Shown: piece after piece, positions 46,854 through 56,771 of the stretch | How positions within the stretch are numbered: the stretch's first letter is position 1 | How the letters are laid out: the number at the start of each line of letters is the position of its first letter | NCBI GenBank assembly: GCA_048498575.1 | Contig: JBEHXS010000001.1 | Location: 1 to 59,259, forward strand | Source of the DNA: Pseudomonadota bacterium | GTDB lineage: Bacteria; Pseudomonadota; Alphaproteobacteria; Rhizobiales; Kaistiaceae | DNA: 59,259 nt | Direction of reading: 5' to 3' | Translations under genes and position numbers: made by a program | Notes under the pieces: model-generated | Databases searched by the model: none | Told to the model about the DNA's origin: nothing | Seen by the model: the letters and a program-made list of their open reading frames with translations, nothing else

Positions 46854-48179
46854 CTACTGAAGCGTGACCACGTTGTCGGCGCCGAACTCATCGACGAGAG
46901 CGTCATGGTAGGTCTTGACCACATCATCGACCGACTTGCCGTCGAGGATGCCGCTCGTCATGTCCTGCACCAACGCCGAAACCTTGTCGTAGCCCGGCAC
47001 CGTGTCGCGGCCGGTGGTATCGGCGACGAGCGGCGTGATCGACGACATGTAGGGGTCCGCCTTGTAGGAGGCGGAATCGGCGATGTCGGTGCGCACCGTC
47101 AGCGAGGCGCTCTTGACGGTCCAGTCGCCGAGGTTCTTGGCGTCGAAGATCGCCTTGAGCAGCTTGATCGCCTCGGGGTTGTTAGCCGACTTGGCATTGA
47201 GCGCTACCGTCCACCCGCCGGAAATATCGGTGGTCGCCTGAGCGCCCGGCTGGCCTGAACCCGGCCACGGTGCCCAGCCGACCAGCTTGTCCTTGTCGGC
47301 CTGGCTCGGCTGGCTGGTGTTGTCGCATCCCCACAAGCAGTTGTTCGCCCAGCTGCCGCTTGCGTAGATGCCGATCTTGCCGGCGAGGAAGGCATTGTTT
47401 GTGTCGTTGAATGGATCGGCGACATAGTTGATCGCCGCGCCCGAGATCTTATCGTTGACGTAGACGTCCTGGTAGAATTGCAGCGTCCGCCGAATGGCCG
47501 GGCTGTCGCCGATCCACTTGCCGCTCGCCCGGTCGCGCAGGCGATTGCGGTCGCCTTGTGCAGCATCGGCGCCGAGCAGGGTCATGTAGAAGCCCTGCAT
47601 GGTCGTGCCCTCACCCCACTTGGTGCCGGCCTCGAGCAGGAAGGCATCCTGAACGCCTACCTTGTTCAACGCCTTGCCGGCCGCGATGACGTCGTCCCAC
47701 GTCTTCGGCTGCCACGGCACCGGCAGTCCCGCCTTGGCGAAGTCCGCCTTGTTGTACCAGAGCATGCGCACGTCGGTGGCGGTCGGTAGCGCGTAGACCT
47801 TGCCATCGTAGGAAACGACGTCGAGGGCGCCCTTCATGAAGTACTTGTACTGGTCCCAGTCCTTCAGAATGTCGTCGAGCGGCGCGAGGTAGCCGGAGCC
47901 GGCAAACTGGGCGACGACGTAGCTGTCGACCATGATCACGTCGGCGGCCGTTCCGGCGCTGAGATCGAGGGCGATGCGCGGCGAGTAGTTGTCACCGCCC
48001 GGCAGCTTGATGGCGTTCACCTTCCCGCCGCCAGCGGCCTCGTAGGCCGCAATGGCTGGCGCGATCAGTGACTCGAAATCGCCCTGATAGGCGATGGACA
48101 CGTCGGCCATGGCTGGCATCGCGGCGCCCGCCACGAATGCCAGCGCGGCGACAGACGCGAGCAGATTGCGATGTAACAT
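46854..48179 (-). CDS. CUT1 ABC transporter solute-binding protein
   Basis: Trimmed to the Met at 48179 (MLHRNLLASVAALAFVAGAAMPAMA signal peptide). 441 aa. Confidence 0.85.
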   Translation of the reverse strand: MLHRNLLASVAALAFVAGAAMPAMADVSIAYQGDFESLIAPAIAAYEAAGGGKVNAIKLPGGDNYSPRIALDLSAGTAADVIMVDSYVVAQFAGSGYLAPLDDILKDWDQYKYFMKGALDVVSYDGKVYALPTATDVRMLWYNKADFAKAGLPVPWQPKTWDDVIAAGKALNKVGVQDAFLLEAGTKWGEGTTMQGFYMTLLGADAAQGDRNRLRDRASGKWIGDSPAIRRTLQFYQDVYVNDKISGAAINYVADPFNDTNNAFLAGKIGIYASGSWANNCLWGCDNTSQPSQADKDKLVGWAPWPGSGQPGAQATTDISGGWTVALNAKSANNPEAIKLLKAIFDAKNLGDWTVKSASLTVRTDIADSASYKADPYMSSITPLVADTTGRDTVPGYDKVSALVQDMTSGILDGKSVDDVVKTYHDALVDEFGADNVVTLQ

Positions 48180-48267
48180 CAGGAATTCTCCTCCCGTTCG
48201 AACCGTCGCACCGCTTCGGCAGCGCGCGGCACTTCTCCCAGTGCAAAACCGAGATAACCGCACTTTG

Positions 48268-48279
48268 TGCAACGTTGCA
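48268..48279. promoter_or_regulatory. perfect palindrome TGCAACGTTGCA (LacI-family operator type)
   Basis: It lies in the AT-rich divergent region between the binding-protein gene and the LacI gene. A related half-site, GTTGCAAC, lies at 48382-48389. Confidence 0.5.
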
Positions 48280-48282
48280 ATA

Positions 48283-48294
48283 GATTGGCCAATC
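48283..48294. promoter_or_regulatory. perfect 12-bp palindrome GATTGGCCAATC
   Basis: It lies 3 bp from the TGCAACGTTGCA palindrome. Its function is unknown. Confidence 0.3.
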
Positions 48295-48452
48295 GCGACG
48301 CTGAAATTTATGAAAACATAGCCACATCATACATTTAGCATCAGAACTAGGGTCGCCTGAAGCAATTGACGTGTTTGGATCGTTGCAACTTTCCTGTATG
48401 TTCCCGGATCAAACCCACGGGCTAGACTAGTGCCAAGGCGGGTCGGAATCGG

Positions 48453-49490
48453 ATGAAAGACGACTCTGAAGAGACGGCGCGACCACGCAAGCGCGCGACA
48501 TTGCGCACGATCTCCGAATTGACGGGCCTGAGCCCGTCTACGGTTTCGCTGTCCCTGCGCGGCGGGACGACGCTAAAGGAAGAGACCCGCCGCAAGATCG
48601 CCGAGGCTGCGGAGCGCGTCGGCTACGTGCCCGATCGCGCCGGAGTACGCCTGCGCACCGGCAAGACCAACGTGCTCGCGCTCGTGCTCGACGGAGAGGA
48701 CGACTCAATCGACTTCTCGCGTCACCTCATCCAGGGCATCGGCCGGGCGATTAAGGGCACGCGCTACCACATGACGGTGATGCCCGAGTTCGACCGGATG
48801 CACTCGGTCGACTCGATCCTCTACATCATGGAGAATCGCACCGCCGACGGCGTCATCATCACCCACACCAGCGCGCGCGACCCGCGTGTCCAGCTGATGA
48901 TGGATCACAACTTTCCCTTCGTCACCCATGGCCGCACCGAGTTCTACACCCCGCACGCCTTTCACGATTTCCACTCGGAGGCGTTCGCGCGCATCGCCGT
49001 CGAGCGGCTGGCGGCGAAGGGCTGCAAGAACGTGCTTCTGGTGATCGGCGGCGAGACCACCAACAACTACCACACCATCGTGACCGCATTCGAAGGGGCC
49101 GCTGCGCGCCTTGGCCTCGCTACGCGCGTCGTCGGCCATCGCACCAATCGCGCGGCGTCCTCGCAGGAGATGCGTCAGTTCGGCCGCGACCTCGCTGCCG
49201 ATCCCAGGCGGGCGGACGGCATCATCTGCGACAGCGAGCTCCGCTCGATCTGCATGATGATGGGCCTTGCCGACGGTGGGCTGATTCCCGGTCGGGATTT
49301 CCACTACATCTGCAAGCAGACGTCGGATCTGCTGAGCACGCTCTATCCGTCGATCGACACGATAGAGGAAGACGTCGTGGCGGCAGGCACGGAGCTGGCG
49401 CAGCTATTGATGCGGCGCATCGACGGCGAGCCGCCGGAGTCCCTCCAGACGCTGAGCGAGCCGGAAGTCCACTGGCGCGACAGTCAGTAG
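48453..49490 (+). CDS. LacI-family transcriptional regulator
   Basis: 345 aa with HTH LRTISELTGLSPSTVSLSLRG. It is divergent from the mannosidase operon. Confidence 0.85.
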   Translation: MKDDSEETARPRKRATLRTISELTGLSPSTVSLSLRGGTTLKEETRRKIAEAAERVGYVPDRAGVRLRTGKTNVLALVLDGEDDSIDFSRHLIQGIGRAIKGTRYHMTVMPEFDRMHSVDSILYIMENRTADGVIITHTSARDPRVQLMMDHNFPFVTHGRTEFYTPHAFHDFHSEAFARIAVERLAAKGCKNVLLVIGGETTNNYHTIVTAFEGAAARLGLATRVVGHRTNRAASSQEMRQFGRDLAADPRRADGIICDSELRSICMMMGLADGGLIPGRDFHYICKQTSDLLSTLYPSIDTIEEDVVAAGTELAQLLMRRIDGEPPESLQTLSEPEVHWRDSQ

Positions 49491-49557
49491 GCAACTAGGC
49501 GCGCGCACCCGGACTCGTACCGAAATCCCCATCGGGCCAGCCTTGATGCGCGATCGA

Positions 49558-50616
49558 CTAAGGGCGGCCCTGCCCGTCTTGTGGTGCGGCCGCGACGGGC
49601 TCGGCCGACGCGCCGTGAACCAGTGCATCCGCGACCGACCCGGCGGCGGTCTGGCGACGATTGGCGGTGACCGCCAACCCGACGGCCACGACGAGAGTGA
49701 TGCCGTTGAAAAGCGCCTCGACGAAGAAAGGCGCACCGAGCTGGTTCAATCCGGCCACCGTGACCGCCAATACCGCAACGGCGAGGATGGTGCCCCACAC
49801 GTTGACGCGGCCGGGCTTGATCGCCGTGGCACCGAGGAGCACGGCAGTGAACGCCGGCAGCAGATACTCCATGCCGACCGTGCTCTGGCCGACCTGCAGC
49901 TGCGACTGCAGCACGATGCCTGCCCACGCGGAAATGACGCCCGAGGCGACCAGTGCGCCCGTAATGTATTTCCGCTCGGAGATGCCGTTCAGCTGGGCTG
50001 CGCGCGGGCTCAGGCCCAGCACATAGATGTAACGGCCGATCGGCAGGTAGTCGAAGACGATCCACATGGCGGCGGCGATGACTGCGACATACACCGCAGG
50101 CAGCGGCACGCCATACACGACAGCCGAAAGATCGAGAAACGATTGCGGGAGCGGCGCCAGCACCTGAATGCCGCCCGAGTACCATTGGTTGATGCCGAGC
50201 AGCATGGTGCCGGTGCCGAGGGTGGCGATGAAGCTGTCGATGCCGACCACCGTCACGAGGATGCCGTTGACGAGCCCAACTAGCGCGCCCATCCCCAGCA
50301 AGAGCAGCGCCACGACCGGCCAGGGGATGCCGTAGTTCTGGAGGCCTATGGCAAGCATCTGCGAGATGCCAAGCACGAACGCGACCGAGAGGTCGAAGCG
50401 ATTGCCGGCGATCGGTATCATCGCGGCGAGCGCCACCATCGCCGATATCGACTTGTTGTTGAGGATCGAGCGAATATTGAACGCGGTCGGAAAGGTGTCC
50501 GGCTTCAGCGCCGTGAAAAGCACGATCAGCGCCACGAGCACTACCAGGAGTCCCCAGACCGAGACAAAGCGTGTGACGCGCTCACGGGCGGCCGCCGGAC
50601 GCTGTGCGGACGTCAT
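49558..50616 (-). CDS. CUT2 sugar ABC transporter permease
   Basis: 352 aa, RbsC-like and polytopic. It has a 4-nt overlap with the ATPase gene. Confidence 0.85.
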   Translation of the reverse strand: MTSAQRPAAARERVTRFVSVWGLLVVLVALIVLFTALKPDTFPTAFNIRSILNNKSISAMVALAAMIPIAGNRFDLSVAFVLGISQMLAIGLQNYGIPWPVVALLLLGMGALVGLVNGILVTVVGIDSFIATLGTGTMLLGINQWYSGGIQVLAPLPQSFLDLSAVVYGVPLPAVYVAVIAAAMWIVFDYLPIGRYIYVLGLSPRAAQLNGISERKYITGALVASGVISAWAGIVLQSQLQVGQSTVGMEYLLPAFTAVLLGATAIKPGRVNVWGTILAVAVLAVTVAGLNQLGAPFFVEALFNGITLVVAVGLAVTANRRQTAAGSVADALVHGASAEPVAAAPQDGQGRP

Positions 50617-52151
50617 GCTACTACCTCGCTGACTTCTTCCGTTTCGGGTACGCCCGTTCCGGCAGCGAGCGCGGTCAGCCGTGCGACCGTAAGCTCGGCG
50701 CGCGGCAACGACGCAGCGACGCGGCCGCGATCGAAGACCAGCGCGCGGTGGGCGACGCGCGCAACTTCTTCGAAATCAGTGGACACCAGAAGGACACCCA
50801 TCCCGCGCGCCAGCGACCGCTGCATAAGCCCGTAGATCTCGGCCTTCGAACCGATATCCACGCCGGCTGTCGGCTCCTCAAGGATGAGCAGCCGGACGCG
50901 ACCTTCGAGCCAGCGCGCGACGACGACCTTCTGCTGGTTGCCGCCCGAGAGCGTTGCGACCGGCCGCTCGACCTCCGGCGGCCGGATGGCGTAGCGGCTG
51001 ACAACCTTGGCCGCGCGGGCGTGCTCCTCGGCAGGCGCGAGCCAGCCAAGCGGACCCACGCCGGCTAGCCGCGGATTGAGATACAGATTCTCGCGTATGC
51101 TGAGCGCGGCGGCGAGGCTTTCCTCGCCGCGTTTGCTCGAGATCAGGCCGATGCCGGCGGCGATGGCTTCTTCGGGCGTCCGCGCCGCAACCGGCTTGCC
51201 GTTGAGCGTGACCGACCCGGAATGAATCCGTCCGTCGCCGAACAACGCCCGGGCAAGGGTAGTGTGCCCGGCGCCGCGGAGACCCACCAAGGCAAGTGTC
51301 TCGCCCGGCATCAGCGAGAAGGACACCGGCCCGACGCCCCGGCCGGTCACCGAATCGACCACGAGCAAGGGATCGCGGCCGGCTGCGGGAGAAGAAATGT
51401 CGGCATCGATGATATTGCGCCCGACGATCATCGCGACCAATCGCTCAGCGGTGACCTCGGCAACGGGAGCGGTCGCAATCCGCCGTCCGTCGCGAAGCAC
51501 GGTCACCCGATCGGCAAGACGGAAGACCTCATCCAGTCGATGCGAGACGTAGACGATGGCGAGACCCCGCGCTCGCAAGCGCTCCAGCGCCGCGAACAGG
51601 CGTTCGACATCGGGCTCGGGCAACGCGGCCGTCGGCTCATCGAGCACCAGAATTTCGCAATTGGTGGCCAGCGCCCGGGCAATGGCGACAATCGACTTTT
51701 CCGCCGAGGTCAGATCGGCGACAAGGGTCGACGGCGCAATGTCACTCGCCATAACAGCCAACGCGCGCTGCGCGGCGGCATCCGCAGTGCGCCAGTCAAT
51801 AAGTCCGCGGCGTCGCGGGTAACCGGAAGCAATCGCCACGTTCTCCGCAACGGTCAGCGCGTCGACGAGGCCAAGGTCCTGGTGGATAAAGTTGATCGGC
51901 AGCTTGTCGCTCGCCGGCGCGACGAGGCGATCCGCGACGCGGATCTCGCCGGACAGCGGCTTGTAGACGCCGGCGAGAATCTTGATCAGCGTCGACTTGC
52001 CGGCTCCATTCTGCCCGAGAAGCGCGTGGATCTCGCCGCGACGAACGTCGAAATCGACGCCGTCCAGCGCCAGCGTGCCGGTGAAGGCCATCGTCAGGCC
52101 CGCGAACGACAGGAGCGGCGTTTCCTCGCCGGTGAAGATCGGATCAGGCAT
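50613..52151 (-). CDS. CUT2 sugar ABC transporter ATP-binding protein (two fused cassettes, RbsA-like)
   Basis: Trimmed to the Met at 52151 (MPDPIFTGEETPLLSF...). 512 aa with GQNGAGKST plus a degenerate second cassette and LSGGNQQK. Confidence 0.88.
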   Translation of the reverse strand: MPDPIFTGEETPLLSFAGLTMAFTGTLALDGVDFDVRRGEIHALLGQNGAGKSTLIKILAGVYKPLSGEIRVADRLVAPASDKLPINFIHQDLGLVDALTVAENVAIASGYPRRRGLIDWRTADAAAQRALAVMASDIAPSTLVADLTSAEKSIVAIARALATNCEILVLDEPTAALPEPDVERLFAALERLRARGLAIVYVSHRLDEVFRLADRVTVLRDGRRIATAPVAEVTAERLVAMIVGRNIIDADISSPAAGRDPLLVVDSVTGRGVGPVSFSLMPGETLALVGLRGAGHTTLARALFGDGRIHSGSVTLNGKPVAARTPEEAIAAGIGLISSKRGEESLAAALSIRENLYLNPRLAGVGPLGWLAPAEEHARAAKVVSRYAIRPPEVERPVATLSGGNQQKVVVARWLEGRVRLLILEEPTAGVDIGSKAEIYGLMQRSLARGMGVLLVSTDFEEVARVAHRALVFDRGRVAASLPRAELTVARLTALAAGTGVPETEEVSEVVA

Positions 52152-52219
52152 GCGGTCGCGCTCGAAAGAACGGAGCGAGGCCGCCGGCAAAGGCGGCCTC
52201 GCAAGCGACGGTTGCGCGG

Positions 52220-53338
52220 CTACTTCACTCCCCAATTCGCGAGGTAGTGCTTCACGTAGTCGTTGCTCGGGATGAACACGTTCTTGTCGCCGCCCTCGGC
52301 ATTGACGTTCTGAGCGGTCACGATGTACGGCGGCTGGACGAAGCCGCTCGGCGGCTGCTTGTTGAAAGCGCGATTGAACTCGTCGATCGCCTGGTAGGCC
52401 TGCAGCTCTACCGGCTCGGACACGGTCATCGCCTGGAACTGATCGCCCTTGTGCAGCCGATCGTAGGCCGAACGCGTGCCATCGGCGCCGATCAGCTTGA
52501 CCTCGTCGGGCTTCAGGCCACCAGCCCGCAGAACCGGCACGGCAAAGTCGAAGTCATTGTCGCCGACCGACGTGATGTAGAGCGGTGGCCCGAAACGCTG
52601 GACCCAGCTCGTCGTCAGCTGAGCCATGCGCTGATCGGCCTGCGAGGCGGGCGAGTTGGCGTACTCCAGCACCTTGCAGCCCGAGCAGGCCTCGACCGCC
52701 GCCTTGGTGGCGCCCGACTTGGTCTCCGCAATCTTGTACTCGTTGTGCGTGAGGATCACGACACGCGCCTTGCCGTCGGAATCCGCGATTGCCCACTCGC
52801 CCTCGATCTTGCCGACGTTGCGGGGATCGCCCTGGATGTTGAAGAACACGCCGAGATCGGGATACGGCCCGGGCAATGCTGTGGCGTGGAGACCGATGAC
52901 CGTGATGCCTTGTGCGTTCGCGGCCTTGATCGGGTCTTGCAGGCTCGATGCATCTGCGAAGATGGCGATGCCATCCGGCTTTAGCGCGATCGCCTGATTA
53001 AAGGCGCCTAGCCAGGACGTCGGACTGCCCTTGCCGTCGATGACCGTGACCGTCCATCCGATCTTGGCGGCGGCCTGCTGCATGTAGACGCCGTATTCGT
53101 GCGATGTGTCGATCTGTTCGTCGCCGGACAGGTAGACGATCTTCTTGCCGGGGACGACCGGCGGAGCGCTCGTCGGGCCCGTCCACTCCGACTGCAGGCC
53201 CGTCGCCTTGGCAACATCAGCCTTCGCCTGATCGACGACGCTGTCGGCGTGCGCCGTTCCTTGCAGCGCCAGTATCGCGAGTGCCGCGCCGCCGCCGAGC
53301 CGCAGCGCAACCCGCTTCCCTCCCACACGAATTCTCAT
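52220..53338 (-). CDS. CUT2 sugar ABC transporter periplasmic binding protein
   Basis: Trimmed to the Met at 53338 (MRIRVGGKRVALRLGGGAALAILALQGTAHA signal peptide). 372 aa. Confidence 0.85.
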   Translation of the reverse strand: MRIRVGGKRVALRLGGGAALAILALQGTAHADSVVDQAKADVAKATGLQSEWTGPTSAPPVVPGKKIVYLSGDEQIDTSHEYGVYMQQAAAKIGWTVTVIDGKGSPTSWLGAFNQAIALKPDGIAIFADASSLQDPIKAANAQGITVIGLHATALPGPYPDLGVFFNIQGDPRNVGKIEGEWAIADSDGKARVVILTHNEYKIAETKSGATKAAVEACSGCKVLEYANSPASQADQRMAQLTTSWVQRFGPPLYITSVGDNDFDFAVPVLRAGGLKPDEVKLIGADGTRSAYDRLHKGDQFQAMTVSEPVELQAYQAIDEFNRAFNKQPPSGFVQPPYIVTAQNVNAEGGDKNVFIPSNDYVKHYLANWGVK

Positions 53339-53440
53339 TGTTCGATTTCCTCCCAATGCGCAGCGGCCCACCCGTGTTTCGGGTTCTCCCAGCTCACTGC
53401 GCGCGGCGACATTGCAGGAGGCAGGCGACCCGATCAAGCA

Positions 53441-53464
53441 GAAATTTACATCGATCTAAATTTC
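53441..53464. promoter_or_regulatory. 24-bp near-perfect palindrome GAAATTTACATCGATCTAAATTTC
   Basis: The 8-bp arms GAAATTTA/TAAATTTC flank an ATCGAT core. It lies in an AT-rich pocket about 100 bp upstream of the binding-protein gene. Confidence 0.45.
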
Positions 53465-53601
53465 GCAAGCGTGGTGTTTCTGGTATTTCCAGCGTTATCA
53501 ATTTCCATTCTGCATCGGTCGTTTTACACCGATCCAGCATCTCGGGCGCCGACTACTGTGCGCGCCGGCGCAATCTGCCAGCCGATATTTGCGTGCTGAC
53601 G

Positions 53602-54519
53602 TCAGCCGCCGAAAGGCGTCTCCGGGATGCCGTTGACGCCCGGCCGCAAGGCGAGCAGCGAGCCGGCCCACGGCTCCTCGCGGCGCTGGCGATCATCCAA
53701 CGAATCCCACGCCGAGGTTACGTAGAGCGTGGCCATATCATCGCCGCCGAAGATGCAACTCGTCGGACGCGACACAGGCGCCTCGACGATGCGATCGATG
53801 CTGCCGTCCGGTGCGTAACGGACGAGCCTGCCGAAGACCGGTTGCGCATTCCAGAGGAAGCCCTCCGCGTCGACCGTGAGCCCATCGGGAAAAGCTCCCG
53901 ACGCCGGATCAAGTTTCGCGAACGGGCGCTTGCCCTCGAGGGTGGCGCTTTCGAGATCGTAGTCGAAGGCCCAGATCGTATGGGCAAAACTCTCGACGAA
54001 ATAGAAAACGCGGTTGTCGGGACTCCACGCGAGACCGTTCGAACAGCGCACGCCCGTGACGACCGGCACCGGCATCATGTCCGATTGGTAGCGGTAAAGC
54101 GTGCCGAGTGGCGCCGCCCACTCGCGCTTGTTCATCGTGCCGGCGAAGAAGCGACCACGCCGATCGCACTTGCCATCGTTGAAGCGATTGCCGAGTGGCT
54201 CACCCGGAACCACCGGCTCAACGTCAAACCGCCCACTGGCAGGATCGAGAAACGCAACGCTGCGCTCCAGCGACACCAGCAGTCCGCCACCGGAGCGGAC
54301 CACCACCGAGGTTACCAGCTCGGGCGCGTCGATCGTGCGGAGGCTCTGGTCGCCTAGCGAATAGCGGTAGATGCACCTTGCCGGTATGTCGACGAAGTAG
54401 AGCGCGCGCTCGCGTTGACTCCATGCTGGCCCCTCCCCGACCTCGGCAGCGACATCGACCACCTGCGTCCACTCGGCGGCAGTCGGCGGAATTTCGTGAG
54501 CATGAGGGGAACGATTCAC
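53602..54519 (-). CDS. SMP-30/gluconolactonase/LRE-family lactonase
   Basis: 305 aa. It has the GEGPAW N-terminal motif, a repeated beta-propeller pattern, and NGLAWSPD / PDGLTVD motifs. Confidence 0.85.
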   Translation of the reverse strand: MNRSPHAHEIPPTAAEWTQVVDVAAEVGEGPAWSQRERALYFVDIPARCIYRYSLGDQSLRTIDAPELVTSVVVRSGGGLLVSLERSVAFLDPASGRFDVEPVVPGEPLGNRFNDGKCDRRGRFFAGTMNKREWAAPLGTLYRYQSDMMPVPVVTGVRCSNGLAWSPDNRVFYFVESFAHTIWAFDYDLESATLEGKRPFAKLDPASGAFPDGLTVDAEGFLWNAQPVFGRLVRYAPDGSIDRIVEAPVSRPTSCIFGGDDMATLYVTSAWDSLDDRQRREEPWAGSLLALRPGVNGIPETPFGG

Positions 54520-54549
54520 GCGGCTGCTCCAGTCAATGCGCCCATCAAA

Positions 54550-55551
54550 TCAGGTATCACGCACGACCAGCCGCGCCGGCATGATCACGCGCTCAGGACG
54601 GCCACCGGGATCGGCGATGCGGCGCAGCAGGAGTCCCGCGGCTTCCTCCCCAAGGCGATGGGGCTCGATCGCGACGGTGGTCAATGCGGGGCGTACCAGC
54701 GCCGCGTCTGCGATGTTGTCGAATCCGACGACGCCAAAGTCTTTCTGCGGCCGCAAGCCGGCGTCGACAAAACCGAGCACGACGCCAAAGGCGCACACGT
54801 CGTTGTAGCAAATCGCTGCCGTCGGTGGATCATCGCCGGCGAGCAGCGCGGCGACTGCTCGGAAGCCATCCTCGCGCGTGGGCGGGCAGCGTACGATCGG
54901 GCCGGGCGCCAGCCGATGACGCTTGAGGCCGGAATGGAAGCCGGCAAGTCGCTCGCGCGTAACCGAGGTATGGCGCGCCGCGCCGATATAGGCGATCCGG
55001 CTATGTCCGCCGGCGACGAGATAGTCGACCGACATCTCGACGCCGCTCCGGATGGCCGGCCCGACGTAGTCGACCTTGCCGCGTCCCACCTGGCGCAGGG
55101 CCTGCACGCAAGGCACTCCCCATTCCTGCAACTGCCTGATCGTCTTTGGGTGCGTTCCCTCGGCAGCGGAAAGAATGATGCCATCGACGTTTTGCTCGCG
55201 AAGACGCCGGATGAGCCGATCCTGGCGCTGCGGATCCTCGGCGGTGTGCGCAATGAAAGCGATGCGCCCGTGGCGATCGAGCACAGAATCGATGCCGGCG
55301 ATCAACTCGGCGTAAAACGGATTGGTGAGCTCACAGATGACGAGACCGACGGTCTGTGACGTGCGCGAGCGCAGGTTCGCCGCACCCCGATCGCGGACAT
55401 AGCCGAGATCGTCCATCCAACGCTGCACGAGCTTGCGGGTGTCTTCGGCGACGAGCGGGCTTTCGCGCAAGACCAGCGACACGGTCGAGGTCGAGACCTT
55501 CGCCTTTCGCGCGATGTCCTTCAGCGTCAGCTTGGGCAAGCGGCGGAGCAA
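54550..55551 (-). CDS. LacI-family transcriptional regulator
   Basis: 333 aa with HTH LKDIARKAKVSTSTVSLVL. Confidence 0.85.
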   Translation of the reverse strand: MLRRLPKLTLKDIARKAKVSTSTVSLVLRESPLVAEDTRKLVQRWMDDLGYVRDRGAANLRSRTSQTVGLVICELTNPFYAELIAGIDSVLDRHGRIAFIAHTAEDPQRQDRLIRRLREQNVDGIILSAAEGTHPKTIRQLQEWGVPCVQALRQVGRGKVDYVGPAIRSGVEMSVDYLVAGGHSRIAYIGAARHTSVTRERLAGFHSGLKRHRLAPGPIVRCPPTREDGFRAVAALLAGDDPPTAAICYNDVCAFGVVLGFVDAGLRPQKDFGVVGFDNIADAALVRPALTTVAIEPHRLGEEAAGLLLRRIADPGGRPERVIMPARLVVRDT

Positions 55552-55721
55552 GCAACTCTCCCTGCGCCCGATGTTCCTGCAGCGACATCGGCCGCGCTTT
55601 CTGTCGCAATACGCGCCAGCGAGTCAAATCTTGCCAGCTCTTAACTGGACGGTTCCTCGACCCGCCGAGCGATCTCTCTTACCCCCAGCCTGCCCGATGA
55701 CAGCAATATCGAGCCCGGAGG

Positions 55722-56660
55722 CTACCGGAACGGCGCGGTCTGCAGCCTCATCAGTTGATGTACGGCACCTTTCACGCGGGCTCGCTCATTGGCCTCAAGT
55801 CCGCTGAGATAAGGCAGCATGGGCCCCATGTCGGCAATGCCGCTCATGGACACCGAGTCATGAAGGACGCGGATAGGATTGATGCTGTCGCGCAAGTCCT
55901 CCAGTTCGCGGAAGGCGGACAAGATCCGTTTTGTGCGCTCGTCATCGCCGGATTGCAGCGCGCGCATCAGAGCTGTTGACGCAGCCGGCGCAACGCAAAC
56001 CAGTCCCGAGGTGAAGCCCTGCAAGCCAAAGGCCTTCATGTGGACGGGTGCCGGCTGTTCTCCCATTCCACTGACGATCATGCGGCGGTCGACCCGCTCC
56101 ACCAGATCGGAAAGAAATGCATCGTCAGCGGTATTCTTCCTGACGATGGCGTACTTCACAAAGGTGACGATGCCATCGTCGACCAGAGCGGCGGCGTCCC
56201 TCGGCGAGAGATACGCTTCCGACTTGATATAGAGAACGACGGGCCGGCCGAAACGATCGGCAAAATGCCGGATCCCGGTCATGACCCCGGCGGGTGTTGC
56301 CGCGAACGTCGCCGGCAAGATCATTGCCGTGGGGAAGGCGCGCTCGCGCAGGATAGCAGCCTGGTCCACTAGGGCGCCGTACGCCGGCCCCGCCGATGGA
56401 ATGACCAGGTCATCGTCGCCAACCCACTCCACCAACGCATCGAGGACGTGCGCGTATTCGTAGAGGCCGATGTTGTAGAAGTTTGCATTGCCGCCGTAGA
56501 GGAACGTGCCGACGCCGCCCGCCTTCAGGTGCGCCACGAGCGCCCGGTTGGCTTCGTCATTGACGGTCAAGTCGGCTCGCCGCGCGAGCGGCGGGACCGC
56601 TATCACCGATTGGGCTAGATCTTCAGGTGTGACAGCTGTTGTTTTCACGCTCTGCTCCAT
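55722..56660 (-). CDS. dihydrodipicolinate synthase-family class I aldolase/dehydratase-like protein
   Basis: 312 aa, DapA-like TIM barrel (VIAVPPL..., VVLYIKSEA with a candidate Schiff-base Lys). It lacks the canonical GTTGE motif, so its substrate is unknown. Confidence 0.7.
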   Translation of the reverse strand: MEQSVKTTAVTPEDLAQSVIAVPPLARRADLTVNDEANRALVAHLKAGGVGTFLYGGNANFYNIGLYEYAHVLDALVEWVGDDDLVIPSAGPAYGALVDQAAILRERAFPTAMILPATFAATPAGVMTGIRHFADRFGRPVVLYIKSEAYLSPRDAAALVDDGIVTFVKYAIVRKNTADDAFLSDLVERVDRRMIVSGMGEQPAPVHMKAFGLQGFTSGLVCVAPAASTALMRALQSGDDERTKRILSAFRELEDLRDSINPIRVLHDSVSMSGIADMGPMLPYLSGLEANERARVKGAVHQLMRLQTAPFR

Positions 56661-56771
56661 CCGACAAACAGGCCATAGATCCCGCTCCGTCGTCGTCGAT
56701 AGCGGGCGACTCGGCGGGCGTCATCGAGGCCAGCACCGGCTCTGGCCAACGGCCAAGCGCGGGATGGCCGG

